Part shown: positions 27,349 to 36,827 of the stretch, in pieces
Numbering within the stretch: the stretch's first letter is position 1
Layout of the letters: each line of letters opens with the position of its first letter
DNA from: an uncultured Pseudomonadales bacterium
GTDB taxonomy: Bacteria > Patescibacteriota > Microgenomatia > UBA1400 > PJMF01
DNA: 64,000 bases
NCBI GenBank assembly: GCA_964556485.1
Contig: CAZKVV010000002.1
Coordinates: 74,291 to 138,290 of the forward strand
Direction: 5' to 3'
The notes under the pieces: generated by a model
Told to the model about the DNA's origin: nothing
What the model saw: the letters and a program-made list of their open reading frames with translations, nothing else
Databases searched by the model: none
Position numbers and translations under genes: made by a program

Positions 27349-28542
27349 TTATGCTACCCAATATCCTTGAACAAACAGTATCGTGTTAATGACAAGTAGT
27401 ATACCCGAAATAGCTAACCATATAATCGGCCAAATTTTTTTCTTGGATAGTTGTAATGATAGGTAGATAAATACTGGAAAGCATGCCAGTACATATCTTG
27501 GAATACTTGAGAAAGAACCGGTGAGTGTTGGAATAAGTACTGCTAAAAGTGAAAAGACTAGGTAAGACGCTCTTACCTTATTTCTACTCATTACTAATAC
27601 GGTTGTAGTAGCGACAAATAACAGAAGATCTTGGAAATATGAAAAGTATTTCCAATCAAATGGTCTATATGTTAGTAAAATGCGGATTTGTCTATAGATT
27701 ACCTGTGGAAGGACAACGATGCTTTCTTGTCTTCCAGCTCCAAATTCAGATTGAACATGAAAAAAATAGAGTGGATCTGAAAAGGTGAAGTGCAGATAAC
27801 CCATATAGATAATCAGCCCACTTGAACTGAGTACCAGCAACAAAAGTTTTTCTTTTTTTTCATACATTTTAATAAGTACTTTTTTAAGTCCAGCTATAGT
27901 GAACTGCGCTTTAGAAATAATTTTTTCTTGAAGTAACAGTTCAATAAATAATGCAGGTACAAGTGCTATGCCTACAACTTTGGTAGCACTAGCTAAACCA
28001 GCAAATATAACGGCTAGTAACCATCTCTTTTTTCGTGCAAACAAAAAACTACTTACTACTAAAAATAAGAAAAGTGATTCAGCGTACACTGCAGCAAAGT
28101 ACAATGACGTTGGGAATAGTAAAACTGCTACACAAACAAGTTTAAAATCGATAGTATAACCATCAGTTATAGCTAGCTTATGCAAAATAAACAGAAAGAG
28201 CCCAAGAAAACAAAGTGAAAGCAACTGGCCAACCAAAATAGGTGAGATTATATTGAAGGAAAAAACCAAAATTAACACTGGGTATAAAGGGAAAAATGCT
28301 TGTATTAATGCAGTACCAACATACCCCCTTTTAACAATTGTGAGGTAATGGACGCCATCGAAATTGGCAAATGAATAAATTGACTTGGGTAAACCTGAGC
28401 TTTTAAGTAGATCATTTGAATAGGGAAAACTTGGTTGATAGAGTAACACAGAATCACTAGCTATAGTTATAGTGTGTAATGCAATTCGCCAAAAAAATAC
28501 TATTGCTACAAAGCTTAAAAAAATTAAAATGTTTTTTTTCAT
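27349..28542 (-). CDS. PIG-V-like (GT76) GT-C mannosyltransferase family protein
   Basis: ANFDGVHYLTI..GY, AFFPLYP, YAESLFL, SIPRYVL..FP. Start ATG 28542 overlaps the upstream stop (TAATG). Confidence 0.8.
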   Translation of the reverse strand: MKKNILIFLSFVAIVFFWRIALHTITIASDSVLLYQPSFPYSNDLLKSSGLPKSIYSFANFDGVHYLTIVKRGYVGTALIQAFFPLYPVLILVFSFNIISPILVGQLLSLCFLGLFLFILHKLAITDGYTIDFKLVCVAVLLFPTSLYFAAVYAESLFLFLVVSSFLFARKKRWLLAVIFAGLASATKVVGIALVPALFIELLLQEKIISKAQFTIAGLKKVLIKMYEKKEKLLLLVLSSSGLIIYMGYLHFTFSDPLYFFHVQSEFGAGRQESIVVLPQVIYRQIRILLTYRPFDWKYFSYFQDLLLFVATTTVLVMSRNKVRASYLVFSLLAVLIPTLTGSFSSIPRYVLACFPVFIYLSLQLSKKKIWPIIWLAISGILLVINTILFVQGYWVA

Positions 28543-30182
28543 TAACTCTGTTTTTGTACTTTCCTCTTTGATACAAGTACCATCATACCAAGTGCAATAC
28601 ATCCTAAGATACTGAGACTATTACCTATCACTCTAGGCATGGTTTTTTGTGTAAATATGGTTGTTACGCTATGTTTTCCTGGCACTAATCTAAAAGCTAA
28701 CCTGCCTTCAATTATCTCATCGTCTGTATATACCATCTTTTCGCCATTCGCGGTTGTTTCCCAGCCAGGAAATAGCATGACTGGTTCAACAATCGTAACC
28801 TCAGTTTGAGATTCAACAGTATATTCATGTTTTATAGTAGTCCAAAAGTTTGTAGAAATAGTTCCATCGCCCTCAATAATTCGAGCTGAAGGTTGCCAAT
28901 CACCAATTCCTAAATAGGTGAAATTAGATGGTACGTTTTCATTCTGAGTTGATGTGCTTTGTGTGTAAGCGTCATAATCGATTGTTGATTTATGAAAATA
29001 ATCTACAGGCTTAATGTTTAGTACGGAATAGATAGCTACGAACATTAGAAGAATGAACAGAAGTCTGGCATATTTTTGTAAACTAACACCAACGTGAGCA
29101 GCTACTGGAAGTAGGAACACAAAAAAAACCAGTGAAAGTCTCCAAGGAAACTGGATGAATCTGAGAATGGGTACTAGTTTCCAAATCAGTGCCGACATTT
29201 CAATCTGCAAAAAAATAAGAAACACACTGATTGTAATGAAATAGTGCAGACTGTGCTCTGTGTACTGTTTTTTTATAACTACATACCCAATTGAAATTGC
29301 AATAAGAATGAAAGGGATCCAACCAATGCTTAAACCTAGCGAATCAATCATGCCAGAGTATGAAAATCCAAATGAGAGAGGAGCAAACAGCAACTGTTGC
29401 ATGGTGGCAAAATGATCGGTAATTGCTGATTGGTTAGCACTGCGTGTTACTACCGTTGCGGATGCCTCAAATACTGCTGGCAGCCAAAACCAAGCAGAAA
29501 GGATGAATGCCCAGAAAAGCATGATACTAAATCTCAGTATCGCGACTTTATTTTTACCAAAGGTTCCAATTCCTAACAGTATGAGCAGTGGTGTTACCAC
29601 GAGCACTGTAGAGTTGTGAGAAAGAAAAAAGAGTGTCCAGAAAATGACTTGAGAGACAAATGTTCGAGCGGTAATTTTTGATTGTAAAAGTATTTGAATA
29701 CTTCTGAGCAACCATGGAAGTAAACTGTAGGCAAAAATTTCACCAATGCTCCCTCGATAATACATCGTGGTGAGGATAAACGGATTTGTAAACCACAGTA
29801 ATACGACTATTCCTTGAGCAGTCAGTGAGTCACCATACTTTTTAGTACATAATAGTGCTCCAAAGCTTCCCCAGAGCAAACTAAGAAGTACTAGTATCTT
29901 AAAGGTAGTTTCGTAGTTAATTTTAGCTAAACTAAAAGGCAAAGATAAAAGAGATGGTAGTGGGTAGTTGTAATTGAAAACTGGATACCCATACCTATTA
30001 AAAAGCGTCGGTGCGATTCTAGGGGGAAACTGCCCTTCTTTTAGTGCTAATTTATAATTTGCAAATCGAGCTAAGTGATTTTCTCCATCATGAGTAAAAG
30101 GAATACCTTCATGAAAGTACAATCTACCCACAAAAAGCGTTAACAACAGTGCAAACAATGAAATGAGTATCCGATTTTTCAT
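28542..30182 (-). CDS. 'PTPS-related' GT-C-type membrane protein
   Basis: THDGENHLAR, GQFPPR, YGYPVFNYNYP, RGSIGE, WFWLPAVFE, IQFPWR, C-terminal FPGW beta-domain. Confidence 0.78.
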   Translation of the reverse strand: MKNRILISLFALLLTLFVGRLYFHEGIPFTHDGENHLARFANYKLALKEGQFPPRIAPTLFNRYGYPVFNYNYPLPSLLSLPFSLAKINYETTFKILVLLSLLWGSFGALLCTKKYGDSLTAQGIVVLLWFTNPFILTTMYYRGSIGEIFAYSLLPWLLRSIQILLQSKITARTFVSQVIFWTLFFLSHNSTVLVVTPLLILLGIGTFGKNKVAILRFSIMLFWAFILSAWFWLPAVFEASATVVTRSANQSAITDHFATMQQLLFAPLSFGFSYSGMIDSLGLSIGWIPFILIAISIGYVVIKKQYTEHSLHYFITISVFLIFLQIEMSALIWKLVPILRFIQFPWRLSLVFFVFLLPVAAHVGVSLQKYARLLFILLMFVAIYSVLNIKPVDYFHKSTIDYDAYTQSTSTQNENVPSNFTYLGIGDWQPSARIIEGDGTISTNFWTTIKHEYTVESQTEVTIVEPVMLFPGWETTANGEKMVYTDDEIIEGRLAFRLVPGKHSVTTIFTQKTMPRVIGNSLSILGCIALGMMVLVSKRKVQKQS

Positions 30183-31240
30183 TTGTGTACTACTGACTTG
30201 TATACATCAACAGTCTTACTTGCAGCTTTCTCCCATGAAAAAGTTTTTTCCCAAGCACTGGCATGACGAATAAACTCGAGTCTCTTGGTTTTAGACCACA
30301 TCAAAACGGATTCAACTGCTAATGCAAATGCTTCAGCATTTGGTTCTGTGAGTAGAGCAGCTGTACCGGCAACTTCAGGTAAAGATCCGCCATTGCTTGA
30401 TATAACAACTGTTTTACATCTCATTGCCTCAAGAATTGGTAATCCAAAACCTTCATACAATGAAGGTTGCACGTAACACAGAGCCCCAGTGTAAAGTGCC
30501 GACAGTTCTTTGGTTGAATCAACTAAGATATCTGTGAGGAAATGTACTCGCTGTTCTACATTGGATAATGCCATCTGTTTTTCAATCCACTGCCATTCTG
30601 GAATTGGTTGTGGAAAGAAATGTTTTCCTACACATACCAAATGCACGGGTTCAGGCAAAAACTTCATCATTTTTATAAGTTGGGGAATATTTTTATTGTA
30701 GTTTATATCACCTACATATAAAACGTAATTTTCAGGCAATGAATGAAATTTTTTAACCTCAATGACGATATCTTTTGGTTGTGGTGCTAATGCATCAGTA
30801 GCAGCTAATGGTACGACATGAATTTTATCTGGTTTTATTTTCAGATAGGTTGAGATATCTTTTTTTGAACATTCAGAATCTGTAATCAATGCATCTGCAC
30901 GTGACAATGCTACTCTTTGTCGATAAAACGCAAGCGATCCTTTCATTCCCGGCTTGTACTCTTCTGGATACAATAAAGGAATAACATCATGAACGGTAAC
31001 TATGGTTTTACCTTTAGATATGAAAGGTAGACTGTTAAAGAATAAATCGAAAAAGGGATAATGTGTGATGTCTATGTGAGGATGTTCATTTTTTTCTAAA
31101 ATGCTTGATCTATACACTAATAGATCGGGTGTTTGTTCAAGCTCAGTAAGCAAGTTTCGTGTGTAGCTGCCTACTCCACGTATAACATGACCTGATCCTA
31201 ACGGACGTGTATCTAACAAGACGGTGAGTAACTTAGACAT
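30179..31240 (-). CDS. GT4 glycosyltransferase (MtfB/WbpY-like)
   Basis: RGVGSY, TVHDVIP, YVGDINYNKN, PSLYEGFGLPILEAM, SLPEVAG. Confidence 0.92.
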   Translation of the reverse strand: MSKLLTVLLDTRPLGSGHVIRGVGSYTRNLLTELEQTPDLLVYRSSILEKNEHPHIDITHYPFFDLFFNSLPFISKGKTIVTVHDVIPLLYPEEYKPGMKGSLAFYRQRVALSRADALITDSECSKKDISTYLKIKPDKIHVVPLAATDALAPQPKDIVIEVKKFHSLPENYVLYVGDINYNKNIPQLIKMMKFLPEPVHLVCVGKHFFPQPIPEWQWIEKQMALSNVEQRVHFLTDILVDSTKELSALYTGALCYVQPSLYEGFGLPILEAMRCKTVVISSNGGSLPEVAGTAALLTEPNAEAFALAVESVLMWSKTKRLEFIRHASAWEKTFSWEKAASKTVDVYKSVVHK

Positions 31241-32006
31241 GATTTTGTAACTCCCAAAGCTTCAAAAAGGCAACTGGATGATGTAATCCACTCATCACTG
31301 CAAAAACAAAACCTGGTATACCATCATAAAAGCCTTTATGCCTTAAAAAAAGCTTAAAGAAGGTCATTACTGGTTTGTATATGCAGAGGGAAAATCCAAG
31401 AAAAATGGTTGGTTTTATTTTCTTTTTCGACATTTCTATTGCCGTAAATGTGGTGTAGGTATTAAATTTTCTAATATAATCAGAAAAAGTTGGATTGCTG
31501 TAATGAATGATATGACCTTTAACTGTACTAACTGGACCAGTCGCAGTCATTTGTTCATGCACATCTTTTTGTGGAAGTGCAGCTTTACCATTTCTATATA
31601 AACGAATGACCATATCAGGATACTGGCCACCTTTTGTTAAAAAAGCTCCTAAAAAATAATTCTTCCTTGGAATCCACCAAGCACTGATTTCTTGATTAAC
31701 GTCAACTTTATTTTGCTCAATTGAAACGATATATTTTGCAAGTTCATCATCAACAACTTCATCTGCATCAAGCTGAAGAACCAGATCACCCTTTGCAGCA
31801 TCCATAGCTATTTGTTTATTGATATGAAAATTTGATTTATTGGTTGTAACAATAATTTTTGCACCAAATTCTTTTGCAATACTCACGGTTCTATCTGTTG
31901 ATTCTCCATCTACAACAATAATTTCATCTGCAATCTTTGCAATTGATTGTAAACACTTACTGAGATTTAATTCCTCATTATGAACCGCAAGCACAACTGA
32001 TAACAT
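31233..32006 (-). CDS. GT2, KdtX/WaaE-like beta-glucosyltransferase family
   Basis: NEE, VDGESTDRT, LDADE, PRKNYFLG, YPDMVIRLY, VHE, GFYDGIPG. Confidence 0.88.
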   Translation of the reverse strand: MLSVVLAVHNEELNLSKCLQSIAKIADEIIVVDGESTDRTVSIAKEFGAKIIVTTNKSNFHINKQIAMDAAKGDLVLQLDADEVVDDELAKYIVSIEQNKVDVNQEISAWWIPRKNYFLGAFLTKGGQYPDMVIRLYRNGKAALPQKDVHEQMTATGPVSTVKGHIIHYSNPTFSDYIRKFNTYTTFTAIEMSKKKIKPTIFLGFSLCIYKPVMTFFKLFLRHKGFYDGIPGFVFAVMSGLHHPVAFLKLWELQNHV

Positions 32007-32008
32007 AC

Positions 32009-33586
32009 TTATTCCTTAATTTCCCAGTAGTTATCTTCCCATGATATCAATGTTTTCTCAACGGTACTTCTATCTGATTCTTTACCGATAAAATGAAAAC
32101 GATCTACTCTTTCACCATATCTAAATCCAATCCGATCGGGATTTTGTTTAATTATTGTTTGATAAAAAACATCTGGTGGTAACTGTAGATACCAAGCAAC
32201 TAACACATAGTGATACCCACCAACGTCTACAAATGCAATTTGTTCATCTGGGCGCTGCTCAACATTCTCTAAAGTACTCTTTAAACCGCCTTGGTATAAA
32301 GATCGCATTTGTTCAGGATATTTGGTGAAATATGTGTAAATATAGCTACTAAAAATGAGGATTGTGCTACTCAGAAATAATGTGGAAAGCATGAGCACGC
32401 TTTGTGAATTCTTAATTTTGCTAACTGCCAATTGTAATCCTCTTGTACCCACTAGTATCAATACAAAAAAGAAAAACAGACTTCGAGTTGTGTGTGGTGA
32501 ATCGACAGTGATACTTGCCGGGAGCAAACTAATTACCACCAATGCTAATAAAACTAAATCAGACTTCACTATCTTAAACTCTAGCTTCTTTTTTTGGATT
32601 AGTTTTATTCCAACTTCATAGATTAAACTAACAATACCAAGCATGCTGAAAAGGTACGCAGGTAACAAAAGATTTCCCCAATTGGGTAGTGTATGCCAAG
32701 GGTGTGATCCACCTCTAATAACAACAAAAGTTGGATCAAAACTTTTTACTAATGATTGAAGAATTAATCCTCCAAAATAGACATACTTATTTCCGATAAT
32801 TGGTTGTAATGCAGTAGGTAAAGAAAGCCGGTATTCGATCAAATTGGTATTTGTTAATTCGTCACTAAAAATAGTTATTGAGCTTTTTTGAGCAGTAAGT
32901 GAAGAAAGTATTGTGAAAAAAAAGATAGCCGCACCTGTATATAAACTTAGAGTAATGATCCATCTCTTCCAGTTTTTTATTCCATGCCAAAACACTAAAA
33001 CAACACTGATAAATGGAATATAGAGAAGTGGTGTGTTGTAGGTGGCACATGCCGCAAACATACAAAGACCAGCAAGTACTTGGAACCACCATTTTTGTTT
33101 GGAGATATATGCAAAATAGATTGAAACAACTAATAGTGCTAATCCAACATTAGCTTCAAATGCAATTCTGGAGTAGAAAAAAAACACTGGAGTGGTAGCT
33201 ATGAGAAAACTAAAAAGTAGTTGCCACTTTTTTTCTAACTTAAAATTTCCTGCAAAATAATACCCAGCAATAATCAGAATCATTCCTGCAACTGCTGATG
33301 GGAGTCTAACGACAGCATCACTTACACCAAAAATGCTGAAAAATGCTGTTAAAAGAAGTGGATATCCCAGTAATTTGTAATCTCCGAATGATTCCAATGC
33401 CATTGGCCACTTTCTTCCCCACTCATCCATCCCTACTTCTTTGAGTAAGTATCCGTTATATGCCAAAGCTGCTTCATCTCGATTGAGAATACTTTCAACA
33501 CCAAAATCCAACCAAACAAACCTCAAAATAATTGCAATACAACAAACACTTAGCAGGAAAATTTGATAGATCTTATTCATATGCAT
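32009..33586 (-). CDS. GT-C PMT/ArnT-like paralogue (type B)
   Basis: RDEAALAYNGY, DEWGRKWP, ESFGDYK, SRIAFE, GGSHPWH, PHTTR. Confidence 0.82.
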   Translation of the reverse strand: MHMNKIYQIFLLSVCCIAIILRFVWLDFGVESILNRDEAALAYNGYLLKEVGMDEWGRKWPMALESFGDYKLLGYPLLLTAFFSIFGVSDAVVRLPSAVAGMILIIAGYYFAGNFKLEKKWQLLFSFLIATTPVFFFYSRIAFEANVGLALLVVSIYFAYISKQKWWFQVLAGLCMFAACATYNTPLLYIPFISVVLVFWHGIKNWKRWIITLSLYTGAAIFFFTILSSLTAQKSSITIFSDELTNTNLIEYRLSLPTALQPIIGNKYVYFGGLILQSLVKSFDPTFVVIRGGSHPWHTLPNWGNLLLPAYLFSMLGIVSLIYEVGIKLIQKKKLEFKIVKSDLVLLALVVISLLPASITVDSPHTTRSLFFFFVLILVGTRGLQLAVSKIKNSQSVLMLSTLFLSSTILIFSSYIYTYFTKYPEQMRSLYQGGLKSTLENVEQRPDEQIAFVDVGGYHYVLVAWYLQLPPDVFYQTIIKQNPDRIGFRYGERVDRFHFIGKESDRSTVEKTLISWEDNYWEIKE

Positions 33587-35249
33587 ATAAAGCGTATCCT
33601 AAGTTGGGATAACTCTCAATTTCTTTTAATGACTCCTCAGAAAAAACTGATTTTACATAGCCAGGTTCACCTAAGAGTACCGAAAACTGCTTATCTCTCC
33701 TTAATGTATCTGCATTAAAGTGGATGTTTCCCATTTCTTGAGAGATTGGCATTCTACTATAAACCGTACCTGTGGTATTGAATTGTTTGACTTCATCTGC
33801 TGAGTACTCATACAGCAACAACCATAAGTACACTCGAGTATCAGGTGGATGAGCATACACAGCTTGATGCGATTTGCTGAGTTGGGCAACTAGTTGAGCG
33901 AAATCTGGGTATTCGCTTTGCCAAAAGACCTGACTCTTTTCAGGGTAGATCTTATCGTAGTGATGTAGAAATTGTGTAAAGAAAAAACTGCTAACCAGTA
34001 CTAATCCTATACCCAAAGCGGCACCAACGAGTTTATATTTGAATGATTCACAAAAAATAAGTATCTGATACGTGCCTATACCTATGATACTACTCAGAGG
34101 TACTAGAGCAAACAGTGAGCGTTGGGCATTTGGAACATCAAGTGGTATTGAGGCTGGTAGTATTCCAACAATTACCCATGTGAGCAAAAATAAGCCAAGT
34201 TTTTTTGATTTTGAAAACAGCCATGACATTCCTACTAACAATGGCAACAGCATTGTTAGGTTGAACAATCCTGATACTCCTGACCCGTGTCTCATGTTGC
34301 TATCACCGGTGAAAAAAAGGTAACGAGGATCAAGATGAGAAAAAACATTTTCTAGTAATTGCCTCAAGATAAATACACGTCGATTAAATAAAATGCTATC
34401 CAATTTAGAGGTAGCAACTGTTTGTACCTCATTTGCAGTTTGTACAAAAGTTGTAATATCTAGAACTGAATCTGTACTCATGCGAACAATTTGACTTGAT
34501 GTAAAGTGTTCAGAAAAATACATTGGTACAAGTGCTACATAAAAAAGCAAAAGCACACCTACTGCAGTTCCAATGCTGCTCATTATTTGTTTTAGCGACT
34601 TATTGCTTACTTCCAAAATACACAGCATCATAAAGATCACTGACCAAATATATTGTGCTGCATAGTAGGTATATGATGCGGCTATACCAAAAAAAAGCGC
34701 AACAGCATACCAATATGCTTGTTTGCGTATAAACCCTTGTAAGAGAGATGCTATTGAAATCAATACCAATGCTTGAGCAAGCATACTTTCAAATCCAACT
34801 AATGAAAAGTGAAATGCCCAAGGTGAGATACCAACCACAAATGCAGTCGATACCATCAGTTTCAGTCTATGAAGTTTAGGAGTTTGAGAGCCATATCTTT
34901 TTGTAATGACAAATGTAAGATATGCAGTTAGACAGATTGTTAGTAATCCTGATACTAAGCTCGGAATACGAACGAGCCAATCATATTCAGGTAACAATCG
35001 GTATAAGAAACTGACGATAATAATCAGACCTGGAAGTTTATAGTCTCCATAGGATGGATACAGTGGCTGTAACCAATGATTTCCATGAATATCATGGCCA
35101 AAATGAGCTACTGATCGAGCATCGACTGCAATTGCAACTTCATCCCAATATAAGGAGAGATTTTGACTGGAAAAAAATGCAACCCTAGCGATAATGCTCA
35201 CAAACAAAAGTAATGACACAACTACCCAGATAGAATGTTTGTAAAACAT
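33573..35249 (-). CDS. GT-C PMT/ArnT-like paralogue (type A)
   Basis: YWDEVA, GHDIHG, SYGDYKLP, SPW, GDSNMRH, PNAQR, WQSEY. Confidence 0.82.
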   Translation of the reverse strand: MFYKHSIWVVVSLLLFVSIIARVAFFSSQNLSLYWDEVAIAVDARSVAHFGHDIHGNHWLQPLYPSYGDYKLPGLIIIVSFLYRLLPEYDWLVRIPSLVSGLLTICLTAYLTFVITKRYGSQTPKLHRLKLMVSTAFVVGISPWAFHFSLVGFESMLAQALVLISIASLLQGFIRKQAYWYAVALFFGIAASYTYYAAQYIWSVIFMMLCILEVSNKSLKQIMSSIGTAVGVLLLFYVALVPMYFSEHFTSSQIVRMSTDSVLDITTFVQTANEVQTVATSKLDSILFNRRVFILRQLLENVFSHLDPRYLFFTGDSNMRHGSGVSGLFNLTMLLPLLVGMSWLFSKSKKLGLFLLTWVIVGILPASIPLDVPNAQRSLFALVPLSSIIGIGTYQILIFCESFKYKLVGAALGIGLVLVSSFFFTQFLHHYDKIYPEKSQVFWQSEYPDFAQLVAQLSKSHQAVYAHPPDTRVYLWLLLYEYSADEVKQFNTTGTVYSRMPISQEMGNIHFNADTLRRDKQFSVLLGEPGYVKSVFSEESLKEIESYPNLGYALYAYE

Positions 35250-35255
35250 AGTGAA

Positions 35256-35281
35256 AGTATAACCTATTTCCTGTGTATAAT
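35256..35281. promoter_or_regulatory. Back-to-back -10 boxes: TATACT (-, 35256-35261) and TATAAT (+, 35276-35281)
   Basis: Minus: TATACT-6nt-ATG 35249. Plus: TATAAT-ggagttacc-ATG 35291. Intergenic region is 41 nt. Confidence 0.6.
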
Positions 35282-35290
35282 GGAGTTACC

Positions 35291-36823
35291 ATGAAACTTC
35301 GATGGCTTGTGTTACTTATTGCAATTTTTTCACTCAGTTTTAGATTTTGGTTTTATGCAACTCACATTGTCGTTAATAATGACACTTTAAGAGATGCTCA
35401 GATTGTGGAAGAACTTTCCAGATCTAATACATTTTTCCCAGCTTATGGACCTAAGGCAAGTGTGGGAAATTTTTATTTACCTCCTTTGTACTATCAGATT
35501 CATCTTATTTTTTCTGTTGTTACCAACCATCATCCTTTGACAATGAATATCATCAATACTTTCATTGAAGCGCTGACACCCGTGTTACTGTTTCTACTTT
35601 TGTATGCAGCAGTAGAAAAAAAATTTGCTTTTGTGCTTTCACTCTTATATATAGTTGCACCACTACCTGTTATTTTTGGAACTAGAGCTTGGAACCCTAT
35701 CACTATTCCATTTTTTACTACACTAGCTTTGTTACTGTTTCTTGAGTATTTCAAAAATAAAACTGCTCAATTAATCCCTCTGATGACTCTGTCTATCGCT
35801 GTTGCCCTGCAACTTCATTATCAAACAGTAGTAGTCATTCCATTCTATTTTGGTGTTTTCTGTTGGAGCTTTTTAAAGAGAAAAGATGATAGAAAGTATT
35901 GGTTATTGGGCATTCTGCTTAGTTTGGCTACATTTATACCGTACTTTTGGGGTGAGTTCCACAATAATTGGAAAAACAGCATGGCAATGTATTCCTATTT
36001 TTTTGGAGAACATGCAAATTACTATGATAGAGTTTCAAAACCTGAATACCTTTTAACATTTTTACCTAGTTTTTTTGAAAGAATTCTGACAAATACAGTT
36101 CAGCCATCAATGTGGCTGGGCAGATTATTGATGATTACTGCAGTTGTTGGTTCTGCTCTAGCTGTAAAAAAACGGAAACAAAGTTTCAAAAAAATGGGAA
36201 TTTTATTGTTGTATGTAGCTAGTATATTTTTTGCCCTCAGAATGTATAAAGGCGACAAAATTGATTACTACATGAGTACCTTATTTATTGCACCAATTTT
36301 GTTTTTGGCAGTACTTTCACACATCAATGCAAAAGTTGCATGGGTGTTAACAGGACTGCTTATATTTGTAGCCGCAAGTGCATCTACATCCATCCCACAC
36401 TTTAATTCCTATCAAGATTTAAAAGTTGCGGTGCAAGACTTATCACAAAATTCAAGCAATGAAGGGTATAGATTTTTGTTTTATGATTTGAGACATGCTA
36501 ATACCATAAGTTACATTTTGTATAAAAATCCTGAGATACGTATCAATCAAAAGAGTAGTATGTTAGTCGAAGTTTTTGAATCAAATGCTACAGTACCAGA
36601 CTGGATTGACACCTGTGAGTCGAATGAAAAAGCAGCATCTTCTAATGGGTCATTTCCGGTTTTTAAATGCACCTATGAATATCAAGTACTGTCAGAAATT
36701 AAAAAATATTCTGATATGAGCTTTCAGTTTGGAAAGGTGAATGAGAAAGCTCGTGATATTGAAACGAAACATAGTGTTGATTCATCCCATGGTACGGATA
36801 TACTGCTAACAGAACTTTTTTAA
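35291..36823 (+). CDS. GT-C-type membrane glycosyltransferase (ArnT/PMT_2-like)
   Basis: NNDTLRD, YGPKASVGNFYLPPLYY, RAWNP, LQLHY; multi-TM. Start ATG 35291. Confidence 0.75.
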   Translation: MKLRWLVLLIAIFSLSFRFWFYATHIVVNNDTLRDAQIVEELSRSNTFFPAYGPKASVGNFYLPPLYYQIHLIFSVVTNHHPLTMNIINTFIEALTPVLLFLLLYAAVEKKFAFVLSLLYIVAPLPVIFGTRAWNPITIPFFTTLALLLFLEYFKNKTAQLIPLMTLSIAVALQLHYQTVVVIPFYFGVFCWSFLKRKDDRKYWLLGILLSLATFIPYFWGEFHNNWKNSMAMYSYFFGEHANYYDRVSKPEYLLTFLPSFFERILTNTVQPSMWLGRLLMITAVVGSALAVKKRKQSFKKMGILLLYVASIFFALRMYKGDKIDYYMSTLFIAPILFLAVLSHINAKVAWVLTGLLIFVAASASTSIPHFNSYQDLKVAVQDLSQNSSNEGYRFLFYDLRHANTISYILYKNPEIRINQKSSMLVEVFESNATVPDWIDTCESNEKAASSNGSFPVFKCTYEYQVLSEIKKYSDMSFQFGKVNEKARDIETKHSVDSSHGTDILLTELF

Positions 36824-36827
36824 AAAT

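Noticed and set aside
28542-30182. Pterin biosynthesis role for the 'PTPS-related' proteins
   Set aside because: They are large multi-TM proteins unlike the small soluble PTPS, and no pterin genes are nearby.
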